A stretch of DNA of 64,000 nucleotides from Eubacteriales bacterium. Its GTDB lineage: Bacteria > Bacillota > Clostridia > Oscillospirales > CAG-272. Of the stretch, positions 29,690 through 37,807 are shown piece after piece (position 1 is the first letter of the stretch; every line of letters starts with the position of its first letter). The notes beneath the pieces are model-generated. The model was not told the DNA's origin and did no database searches. It saw only the letters and a program-made list of their open reading frames with translations. The stretch covers positions 36,638 to 100,637 of the forward strand of contig JAZQGR010000041.1 of the NCBI GenBank assembly GCA_045540115.1. Reading direction: 5' to 3'. Both the position numbers and the translations under genes were made by a program.

Positions 29690-29900
29690 GACAACACGGA
29701 TTTACTTGACTACCGTGTTATCGCTTCGCGCCCCAACACTCGCATGCTCGCCCGATGCTCCGCCAAAGTCGGAACCGAAAAGGATGCATTTTCTCCAATA
29801 ATGTATCGGCTAATCGCCGATATGATGTTTTTATCCTACGCTCAAAATGATGTTGCTCGCTGCGCACTTTTCCGTGCTCGGCAAAAAACACATCAGCAAA
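29690..29900. repeat. GC-rich intergenic element sharing CTCGCCCGATGCTCCGCCAAAG with the element at 32.98 kb
   Basis: An exact 22-nt match (29746-29767 versus about 32987-33008), plus local inverted repeats, in a non-coding stretch. Confidence 0.4.
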
Positions 29901-29989
29901 AACAATAACTCGCTATTTGTCATTTTTCACAAAAACAAACCTTCTAAAACGGTAATCATGCCGAAAACGCAAAGATTACAAGATTGTTC

Positions 29990-30018
29990 TTGACAATCAC
30001 GTGACCGTGTGATATAAT
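29990..30018 (+). promoter_or_regulatory. Sigma-70-like promoter (TTGACA-17-TATAAT) with an embedded ATCAC...GTGAT inverted repeat (candidate operator)
   Basis: TTGACAATCACGTGACCGTGTGATATAAT lies about 33 nt upstream of the DUF1836 gene. Confidence 0.5.
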
Positions 30019-30051
30019 CAAATTACAGCAAAGAAACACGGGGGGGACTAA

Positions 30052-30606
30052 ATGCTGATAACATTTCCTGGAACCACCATCGAAGCACTTCATATCCAAA
30101 AGGGAGCTTCAAGAGTACTGTTTGACGGAATATTCGCAACAGGCGGAATAACACTTTCGCAAGTTTCGGTCATGACCGGGCTCGAGCCGTATATGATACA
30201 AAACTGGGTAAAGCGCGGCTTTGTCAGCTCTCCAAAAAACAGAATCTATTCGAAAGAACAGTTTGCGCGTATCGCGATTATTAACATGCTTCGTGAAGCG
30301 ATACAGATTGATCGTATATGCTCTCTTATTGAGGCTATCGTTGACGTTATCGACGATACGTGTGACAAGCTTAAGGGTGACGATGACCTATATCATCTTT
30401 ATGTGGATATGATAACCGACGGCAATATAAACATAAATAACGATAACTCGATAACCAAGGCGGCTGTACGAGCAACCGAGGAAATTACCGAGAAAGAGGC
30501 CAACGCCAAGCAACAGCTAATTAAGATACTCAAAATAATGACGTACGCCCACACAGCCTCACAGCTTAAGGCGTTAGGAAACGAAATATTTTCGACACTC
30601 AGCTAA
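30052..30606 (+). CDS. MerR-like HTH protein (DUF1836-like), first gene of the flotillin operon
   Basis: MerR-type HTH segment (ITLSQVSVMTGLEPYMIQNWVKRGFVSSP). Followed closely by the NfeD and flotillin genes. Confidence 0.5.
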   Translation: MLITFPGTTIEALHIQKGASRVLFDGIFATGGITLSQVSVMTGLEPYMIQNWVKRGFVSSPKNRIYSKEQFARIAIINMLREAIQIDRICSLIEAIVDVIDDTCDKLKGDDDLYHLYVDMITDGNININNDNSITKAAVRATEEITEKEANAKQQLIKILKIMTYAHTASQLKALGNEIFSTLS

Positions 30607-30637
30607 GACTTAGTTTTATATGAAAGGATAGATCGAT

Positions 30638-31279
30638 ATGTTTATTGAATGGTGGAACGGCCTCGGCATTATTTCGCAAATATTTTACTGTATCGCAATT
30701 CCATCAACGCTTGTACTGCTAATACAAACGATAATGATGCTTATAGGAGTCGGTGACGATGGCGACGGTATAGACAGTAGCGCAGATAGTGTAGGCGACG
30801 TGCCCGACGATACGCTTGACGGCGTGTTTGGCGAGGACGGCACAAGCGGAGAGATGGACTCATCCGGGCTCGAAGGATTGAGAATATTCACCTTACGTGG
30901 AATAATCGCGTTTTTGGTAGTGTTCGGTTGGGTAGGCGTTATTATGCAGGATGCGGAAATACATCTCGCTATCACGCTTTCAGTAGCGTTGATAAGCGGT
31001 TTTGCAATGATGGCAATTCTCGCTTTTCTTTTCAGATCGATACTGAAGCTGAGAAACAATGGAAACGTCGATAATCGAAACGCTATAGGAGTGTCCGGCA
31101 AGGTATACCTAACTATCCCTCCGTCAAGAAGTAGCGCCGGCAAGGTAGAAGTAATGCTCCAAGGAACATTCGTCGAAAGAAATGCAGTTACCGACGAAAC
31201 AGAGGCAATACCCACCGGCACGGAAATAGTTGTAATCGGAGTAAGCGGTCAGGCTGACCTTGTAGTTAAGAGAAAGTAA
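30638..31279 (+). CDS. NfeD-like (YuaF-type) membrane protein
   Basis: N-terminal TM helices, an acidic linker, and a C-terminal OB-fold beta domain; the usual partner of flotillin. Confidence 0.7.
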   Translation: MFIEWWNGLGIISQIFYCIAIPSTLVLLIQTIMMLIGVGDDGDGIDSSADSVGDVPDDTLDGVFGEDGTSGEMDSSGLEGLRIFTLRGIIAFLVVFGWVGVIMQDAEIHLAITLSVALISGFAMMAILAFLFRSILKLRNNGNVDNRNAIGVSGKVYLTIPPSRSSAGKVEVMLQGTFVERNAVTDETEAIPTGTEIVVIGVSGQADLVVKRK

Positions 31280-31306
31280 AAAATATATATATTAAGGAGA
31301 AGAAAT

Positions 31307-32695
31307 ATGATTATTTTTCTTGTGTGTGCTATCGTTTTGGTAGTTGTTTCCTTTATAGCATGGATATGCTCGAGGTACAAAAAGTGTCCTTCCGACAAAA
31401 TAATGGTAGTGTATGGTTCGATAGGCAAAAACAAGGACGGCACAAACCGCAGTGCAAAATGTATTCACGGTGGTGCTGAGTTTGTAATTCCTGTATTTCA
31501 GTCATACGCTTATCTGGACCTGACACCCATTTCCATTCAGGTCGATCTCAAAAACGCGCTCTCAAGGCAGAACATTCGTATCGACGTTCCCTCGAGATTT
31601 ACCGTAGGCATCTCCACGGAGCCCGGTGTTATGCAAAACGCTGCTGAGCGTCTCCTCGGGCTTCAGCTCTCCGAGATACAGGAGCTTTCCAAGGATATCA
31701 TTTTCGGTCAGCTTCGTCTTATCATTGCTACGATGGATATTGAGGAAATCAATACAGACCGTGACAAATTCCTTGCGGCAGTAAGCTCGAACGTTGAAAC
31801 CGAGCTTAAGAAGATAGGTCTGCGACTTATCAATGTAAACGTCACAGATATCAGTGATGAGTCGGGATATATCGCTGCGCTTGGTAAGGAAGCAGCGGCA
31901 AAAGCGATCAATGATGCTAAGAAGAGCGTAGCTGAGCAGGATAGAGAGGGTTCTATCGGTGAGGCGAACGCCAAGATGGAGCAAAGAATTAAGGTATCCG
32001 AAGCAGATGCCGTAGCTATTCAAGGTGAAAACGAGGCAAAGATGAGAGTAGCTATGTCCGAGGCAGCTCTTAAGGAAAAAGAGGCAGAAGCATTCAAAAT
32101 AGCTACCACCGCAGAAAAGATCCAGGCTGCGAAGGCACTAGAGGAATCCTATGCAGCAGAGGAAGCAGCAGAACAGGCAAGACGCTCCAAGGAGCAAGCA
32201 ACGCTTGAAGCGGACATAATCGTTCGCGCAGAGGCTAGAAAGAAAGAGCTTGAGCTTGCTGCTGAAGCAGAAGCTGAGCAGACACGCAGACGTGCTAAGG
32301 GCGAAGCAGACGCTATATATGCAAAGATGGAAGCTCAGGCACGAGGCGTTGAGGAGATACTAAAGAAACAAGCTGCGGGTTTTGCTGAGATAGTTAAGAG
32401 TGCGGGCGGAGATGCGGACGCAGCCCTTAAACTACTTATTGCTGACAAGCTCGAGGATCTTATGAAGGTACAAGTTGACGCTATCAAGAACATCAAGATC
32501 GACAAGGTTACAGTATGGGATGGCGGACAGAACGCCGACGGCAAGACCTCAACAGCAAACTTTATTTCAGGTATGATGAAATCCGTTCCCCCTCTTGACG
32601 AAGTGTTCACAATGGCAGGGATGCAGCTTCCTACGCTTCTCGGCAAAAAGATCGACGCGGACGAGAACACAATCACGGATGCAACTGAAGATTAA
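31307..32695 (+). CDS. Flotillin (SPFH/band-7 domain, FloT-like)
   Basis: N-terminal membrane hairpin, SPFH domain, and a long Ala/Glu-rich coiled-coil (EA repeats) typical of bacterial flotillins. Confidence 0.85.
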   Translation: MIIFLVCAIVLVVVSFIAWICSRYKKCPSDKIMVVYGSIGKNKDGTNRSAKCIHGGAEFVIPVFQSYAYLDLTPISIQVDLKNALSRQNIRIDVPSRFTVGISTEPGVMQNAAERLLGLQLSEIQELSKDIIFGQLRLIIATMDIEEINTDRDKFLAAVSSNVETELKKIGLRLINVNVTDISDESGYIAALGKEAAAKAINDAKKSVAEQDREGSIGEANAKMEQRIKVSEADAVAIQGENEAKMRVAMSEAALKEKEAEAFKIATTAEKIQAAKALEESYAAEEAAEQARRSKEQATLEADIIVRAEARKKELELAAEAEAEQTRRRAKGEADAIYAKMEAQARGVEEILKKQAAGFAEIVKSAGGDADAALKLLIADKLEDLMKVQVDAIKNIKIDKVTVWDGGQNADGKTSTANFISGMMKSVPPLDEVFTMAGMQLPTLLGKKIDADENTITDATED

Positions 32696-32704
32696 ATAAA
32701 TAAA

Positions 32705-32750
32705 TAAGGCGCCCGTCTCGAAATGAGACGAGCGCCTTTGCCTGTTTTTT
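32705..32750 (+). terminator. Intrinsic terminator of the flotillin operon
   Basis: AAGGCGCCCGTCTCGAAATGAGACGAGCGCCTT stem followed by a T-run. Confidence 0.65.
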
Positions 32751-33095
32751 CCGCTTTTTTCCGCTTCGCCCATGACTCCGGGTAGCTCTGAGTCAAATGA
32801 AGTTCAAGTCCTGCCCCACCGAAGGTGGAACCCAAAGACCCCCGATTGGGTTGTTTGACTCCTGACCTTACTCGGCAGTCGCATAGTCGCCGCGCGTCGC
32901 TCGCCTACTCGCTCCTTCGGCTCCTTGCTTTGTGCCGTCAACCGTTGCGAAAACGATTATCAATCGTTTTCGCTTAGATCGCAAGTTACTCGCCCGATGC
33001 TCCGCCAAAGGCGGAGGTCAGGAGGTTCAATCCCCTACCCTACGCCGAGGGCGCAACCAAAAGAGAAAAAACCACCCGACTGGGTGGTTTTTTCT
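32751..33095 (+). ncRNA. Candidate structured non-coding element (several nested hairpins) ending in an intrinsic terminator
   Basis: No credible ORF. Hairpins GAGTCAAA...TTTGACTC, CCACCGAAGGTGG, CCCAA...TTGGG, CTCCGCCAAAGGCGGAG. Terminator AAAAAACCACCCGACTGGGTGGTTTTTT at 33066-33095. Strand and function are unknown. Confidence 0.3.
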
Positions 33096-33169
33096 CTTTT
33101 GAGTAGAGGTGCCGAAAAAGATGCAGGACTTAAGTCCATTATCTTTCAAAACTAAAATATAAAAAACAT

Positions 33170-33345
33170 TTTCCCGAGGCAAAAGCTATCGAAATTATTC
33201 ATTATTCATTATTCATCCTTCATTCGAAAATCCGTTCCTTGCTTAATGAAGAATGAAAAATGAATGATGAATAGTGAAGAATACAAACGAAAATCCGTCC
33301 ACTTGCGTGAACGGATTTTCGTTTGGGATGCGGGCCCCAAAAAGA
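33170..33345. repeat. Heptamer (ATTCATT) tandem repeats forming a long imperfect hairpin, plus a perfect 14-bp-stem hairpin
   Basis: ATTCATTATTCATTATTCATCCTTCATT...AATGAAGAATGAAAAATGAATGATGAATAGTGAAG and AAACGAAAATCCGT...ACGGATTTTCGTTT, at the transition into the AT-rich island. Confidence 0.5.
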
Positions 33346-33515
33346 TACAACTGCAAATCAAATGTAAAACGACTAATCGTAAGCAAATACAAGGATTTTA
33401 GTCATCAAGGAATGCTTTTTTATTTTTCTCAGTATTGTTATACTATCTTTTCTGTCCGTTTCGCCGGTGCCAAAAAAGATATATTAGCTCTCTTTATATG
33501 GAGTTCGTAATTTTT

Positions 33516-33845
33516 CTGTATAATGTCTGTATCGTTCAGTTCAAGACTGCAAAAAACATATTGCTGAATACATGAAATTTTATAACGAAAAGCGACCTCA
33601 CCGCGCTAACAATTATAAAACGCCCAATCAAGCCAGAGGAGCTTTTCTGCCAAAGAAAAATGAACCACAGTGTATAAATCACACGGTTCAAAAGTCATTA
33701 CTGTTTTTGGGTTTGCAACCCATTTTTTGATTTTTTGTAAAAAGAATCTTCAATATACAAAAACGCAAAAATCCTGTATTTATCGATAAAAATTGGAGTC
33801 AGTCTCTCGCAGTCCAACAAAACCGTTCAGAACTTGACTCCTATT
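33516..33845 (+). mobile_element. IS3-family (rve/DDE) transposase C-terminal fragment plus right-end repeat (remnant A)
   Basis: Translation gives ...IAEYMKFYNEKRPHRANNYKTPNQ (the YNxxRxH...TPxQ motif of integrase-core transposases). Followed by an ~200-nt region homologous to 42540-42760 and 41320-41602, ending GAACTTGACTCCTATTCAA. Confidence 0.6.
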
Positions 33846-33929
33846 CAACGCAAAATATAGAATTTAACGAATAATAATCATTTGTTTTATATTTAAAGAA
33901 TATTTTATAATAAAACACACAAAAATAAA

Positions 33930-34175
33930 ATGGAATCGCAATTGAATGCGATTCCAAAAGGAGATATTGATTTGTATAAAAAAGGATACACAGCAGAACA
34001 GGAGTATATTGCATGCATAAATTATATATACGATAGTGAACCTGTTACATTCGAACAATTGTGGAGATTTATATCTTTATTTGAACTGACAAAATCTCAA
34101 AAAATAAATCTCATTAACGAAATATTAGATTCTACACTTGTCCTATGTAAAAACTGGACATTTTTTATGCGATAG
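33930..34175 (+). CDS. Hypothetical 81-aa protein (uncertain)
   Basis: ORF in an AT-rich region with a weak RBS; its 3' end overlaps the convergent 69-aa ORF. Confidence 0.25.
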   Translation: MESQLNAIPKGDIDLYKKGYTAEQEYIACINYIYDSEPVTFEQLWRFISLFELTKSQKINLINEILDSTLVLCKNWTFFMR

Positions 34176-34374
34176 CAAATGCTGACTGATAATAAACAGA
34201 CAAATCATCATTAACATCTGAGTACTCCACCAAACCCATGTTAAGAAGTTCGTCAAGAACATTTAAAATTGCTTCTTTATCTGTTATACCTTCTAATGCC
34301 AATTTATTAAATAAATCTGACATCAAAAACGGTTTTTCCATTTCTAAAATGGTTTTTTGAATTATCAAATCCAT
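34165..34374 (-). CDS. Hypothetical 69-aa protein downstream of the HD-domain gene
   Basis: Good GGAGGAATTAAAGT RBS; same strand as, and 77 nt downstream of, the HD gene. Confidence 0.45.
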   Translation of the reverse strand: MDLIIQKTILEMEKPFLMSDLFNKLALEGITDKEAILNVLDELLNMGLVEYSDVNDDLSVYYQSAFAIA

Positions 34375-34450
34375 ACTTTAATTCCTCCGTTAATTTTTGA
34401 TTATAACCGAGCCTCAACATTGTACCACATTATTTCACAAATGTCAATAA

Positions 34451-36451
34451 TTATTGATTAATTTTTTGCTCAATCTTAATCTTCTTTAGTTCTTCAATAA
34501 ATATCCTAAGAACTATGTTTTCAAGTTCTTCAAATTTTGGCTTTTGCGTTAAATCTTTTGAATTCAATGGCAAAAAATAAAGATGGAATGGAACATATGA
34601 TGCTTTTTGCTGATTCAACAATTCGTCACAAATCGACACCATTTCTACACTACGAGCCTTTTCGTCTTTATCCCAAAGATAAAGTGGAGAACCTATATTA
34701 TAGCATCCCAAAGAGAACTCACATGGTCTTATGATGCAATGTAATATATTGAGTTTTTTTCCTTCTTCAGTAGCTAAATAGTCATTTATTTGTTGTTCAA
34801 CACTTTGATAGAAAAAGCTTCTTTTATTTTTGCCGACACTGATAAAGGAGTTCGTCACTGTGTTAAACACGTACCCTGCATTGTAGCGTTTTTGATCTTT
34901 GATTTTTGCGGAAATGCGATCATACATACTTTTCATAGTGCTATTTTTAAAACACGCACTCTCATTCAACCACATTGTTTTAAAAGAACTATCAAAATTA
35001 ATAAAGTCAACATTTCGTTTGAAATAGGAATAATAGTGTTTTTTGGTCGAAATCAGTTCATCAAACATGTTCCACATATGATCACTAGAATTGTTGTTTT
35101 TATCTCTATAATGCTCTTGATATTTTTCAAAAAACGACACTTTTAAAAGAGTATCCATCCAGCTATCGTCAAGTTGAATAATTAAATAATCTATTAATCG
35201 ATTGTTCTTAGAAAGATAATCCACCAAGCACCAAATACTGTAAAGCTTCAGGGGTAATGGTTGTCCATTTTTTATGGTTGGAATATCCTCGTCATCCTTA
35301 ACTGATTTTAGTTCCTCAAAACCTATAAATGATAAAACCTCGGAAAATAAAATTTCATGCTTGTGAACTCGGTGATGAAAATTAATTTGGCTAAATATTT
35401 TCCATCTGCGTTCCAGAAGATCTTCAACGTCGGTTACATTTTTCAAGGCGGGGCAAAATAAAATTCTCTCCCTTATAGGTGATTGCTCCGGATTGTTTTG
35501 AATATCTGCAGGCAATTTTTGCGATATGATTTTAAAATTATTAAATAGCCTTTGATAGGAAATGATATCCTTTCGCGTCCCTGCGCAAAACGCATCTCTT
35601 GAACAATAGTCTAACCTATCAGAATCAAGTATGCCAGATACAATTCGATGCAGATCACTAAATAAATTGTTTTCCGAGGGAGTCGAAGTTAATATTTTGC
35701 CCACAAAGAAAAGCGTTGCAAGAACAAAAATGTTGTCTTGGGTTATGTTATTTGATAATTCTTCCGACAACTCAAGCTTAATTTGTTTCAACAATGCATT
35801 GCCTATTTCTTCATGCAACTCATTTTGACCTTCACAGTAAGGCTTCAATATTTTAATAAAATGCTTTTGAGCCTTGTTGGGATTCGGAATATCATTAACC
35901 TTGGAATATAATGATTTTGTAGCATGTTCAAATACATGACTATAAGGTAAATGCCCTGCATCATGTAACAAACCAGCAATTCTAATAGATTGAAATAAAA
36001 CGAAGTATGCAAAACTTTGTTCAGCCTTAATGTTTTGTGGAAAATGCGTACGATAAATTGCGCAATCCGGGACTTTAACACTTAAAACATTGTCATCGAA
36101 TTTATCCACAATATCATTACTTAGCATTTTTTCAGAAGAAACATCTATGTTTTTAAACCAGTTTTGGAGTTCTGCTTCTGCTTCTGATAATAAACGTGTA
36201 ATATTATATAAATTTGTTGTGTTGACCACGCTATTATAAAAAATTTCTCCTGATAAATACATAGTTCCAATACTATGTTCAAATCTTTTAACTTTATTTG
36301 AAGAGTATGTTAAATAAACCAATGAACTTTGTAAAATACGGTGCAAACGATTGAAGATAGGGGTGCTTATTATTGCACCTTCCAATCCACTATATGATAT
36401 TGTGTTGTGAATAATATCACTAATTTGTTGGGTTCTTTCCAATTGTATCAT
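34451..36451 (-). CDS. HD-domain phosphohydrolase (dNTP triphosphohydrolase/SAMHD1-like N-terminus) with a long C-terminal extension
   Basis: HD motifs RFEHSIGTMYLS and GLLHDAGHLPYSHVFEH. 666 aa, very AT-rich codon usage. Confidence 0.65.
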   Translation of the reverse strand: MIQLERTQQISDIIHNTISYSGLEGAIISTPIFNRLHRILQSSLVYLTYSSNKVKRFEHSIGTMYLSGEIFYNSVVNTTNLYNITRLLSEAEAELQNWFKNIDVSSEKMLSNDIVDKFDDNVLSVKVPDCAIYRTHFPQNIKAEQSFAYFVLFQSIRIAGLLHDAGHLPYSHVFEHATKSLYSKVNDIPNPNKAQKHFIKILKPYCEGQNELHEEIGNALLKQIKLELSEELSNNITQDNIFVLATLFFVGKILTSTPSENNLFSDLHRIVSGILDSDRLDYCSRDAFCAGTRKDIISYQRLFNNFKIISQKLPADIQNNPEQSPIRERILFCPALKNVTDVEDLLERRWKIFSQINFHHRVHKHEILFSEVLSFIGFEELKSVKDDEDIPTIKNGQPLPLKLYSIWCLVDYLSKNNRLIDYLIIQLDDSWMDTLLKVSFFEKYQEHYRDKNNNSSDHMWNMFDELISTKKHYYSYFKRNVDFINFDSSFKTMWLNESACFKNSTMKSMYDRISAKIKDQKRYNAGYVFNTVTNSFISVGKNKRSFFYQSVEQQINDYLATEEGKKLNILHCIIRPCEFSLGCYNIGSPLYLWDKDEKARSVEMVSICDELLNQQKASYVPFHLYFLPLNSKDLTQKPKFEELENIVLRIFIEELKKIKIEQKINQ

Positions 36452-36502
36452 GTTATAATGCCCCCTATCAGTAGTAAGAATATTATGCCATATGTTTGAA
36501 GT

Positions 36503-37005
36503 TTGTCAAGTTTTGTAAATTATTAATATCAACTGTATATAAGACACTGCGTGGCCGTTTTCATAATATAATTTTCAAAAGGAGGATTATATCATGAAAT
36601 CTAAATTCACTTATGAAGAAAAACGAGCGATCTTGGCTCTTTACATATCAAATTTCGAGTCTTGCACAAGCATTATTTGGGATGTTAGCATTTCTCAAAG
36701 CACCTTTTACACTTGGCGTTCTGCTTATCGTAAAGAACATGAAGAAGTCAACGTAAGGTGTTAAGCTTACGCAATTCAGATTTGCTTGAAGCAAAGGCGA
36801 GGCGTTTGGAAAGTATTATTGAAATCATCAGAAAAGCCAACGCAATCCCCCAGTGCTCCTCTAAAGCAAAAGCTCTATGTAGCCGAAAAGTTACCGGTTA
36901 ATATAGCGTTCATATGATTATGCTATTGCCTTGAACATTGCTCGTAGAACGTATCAGAATCATTTTCTGCGAAACGAACGATATAATGCGGGACTTGACT
37001 CCTAT
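36503..37005 (+). pseudogene. Degenerate IS3-family element left part (IRL-like end, frameshifted orfA, start of orfB), truncated
   Basis: Hand translation gives MKSKFTYEEKRAILALY...ISQSTFYTWRSAYRKEHEE (orfA HTH), then stop; LLEAKARRLESIIEIIRKA (leucine-zipper region), then stop; then NIARRTYQNHF (orfB N-terminal motif). Ends at the ACTTGACTCCTATT 15-mer. Confidence 0.55.
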
Positions 37006-37009
37006 TTAA

Positions 37010-37807
37010 TTATATATTGTTTACCAAAAAGTCAAAGCAATTATATTCTATCATTTTATGAAAGTTTTGTTGTATTTTTGTTATAAATTCAAACGCTTTT
37101 AAGTCAATATTATACGGATAAAGGGCACTCTTATATAACACAGTATTACGATCATTGGTGTCTAAATATGTTATACGATTAACGGGCGAAAACTTAGTGT
37201 AAAAAAACTCTACGCAGTTGATTTTTTCATAATTGCTTGAAAAAAATGGATAAAAAACATATCGATCGAAGCAGAAATAAGAACAATGTAGTACACGATT
37301 ATTTTTTAGTACATCTTTGATTACATTATAACCATTGGGGCGCAAATGAATATTGTTATTAATTCTCTGAATTTGTAAATCTGATTTATTGATGGCAACG
37401 ACATCATCGGAAATAAATGTGAAGGAATTATTAACTAAATAACAAGTTAATGTTGATTTCCCCCTAGATGTCGGAGACAAAAAAACATATGCCTTATCCT
37501 TTTTTTGAACAGCAGAAGCATGAAACAAAAAATAATCAGGTATCATTATTGAACTTTCATATATGTATTTATTCAAATAATCGACCGGGTCCCTGACAGT
37601 TAGCTCCAAACCATCAACACACACTTTTGATTGAAAACCGTTCAGAACATCAATATGGATATTGTGTGTTGCCTGCGCAACATTTGTTGCATACTCTCCA
37701 TAGGCAATTTCTAACCATTCGTACAAGTGTCTGCTGTTTGTTGTAATACTATATGATGTTGTATGAAATGGTTTTTGGATGGTTAATTTCATTATAATCA
37801 CTTCCAT
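37010..37807 (-). CDS. HPr-kinase-like P-loop protein (HprK C-terminal-domain family), RiPP cluster 1
   Basis: Walker A SPTSRGKSTLT. Comparable in size and motif to the HprK-like kinases at 47096 and 61671. Confidence 0.65.
   Translation of the reverse strand: MEVIIMKLTIQKPFHTTSYSITTNSRHLYEWLEIAYGEYATNVAQATHNIHIDVLNGFQSKVCVDGLELTVRDPVDYLNKYIYESSIMIPDYFLFHASAVQKKDKAYVFLSPTSRGKSTLTCYLVNNSFTFISDDVVAINKSDLQIQRINNNIHLRPNGYNVIKDVLKNNRVLHCSYFCFDRYVFYPFFSSNYEKINCVEFFYTKFSPVNRITYLDTNDRNTVLYKSALYPYNIDLKAFEFITKIQQNFHKMIEYNCFDFLVNNI

Noticed and set aside
32960-33060. tRNA-like T-arm motif GGAGGTTCAATCCCCTACC
   Set aside because: I could not fold a cloverleaf: the T-stem complement does not pair, and no acceptor or D-arm is evident. 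It is more likely a chance motif within the GC-rich repeat.
33274-33510. 78-aa ORF
   Set aside because: It spans the heptamer-repeat and hairpin region, has no RBS, and gives a low-complexity translation.
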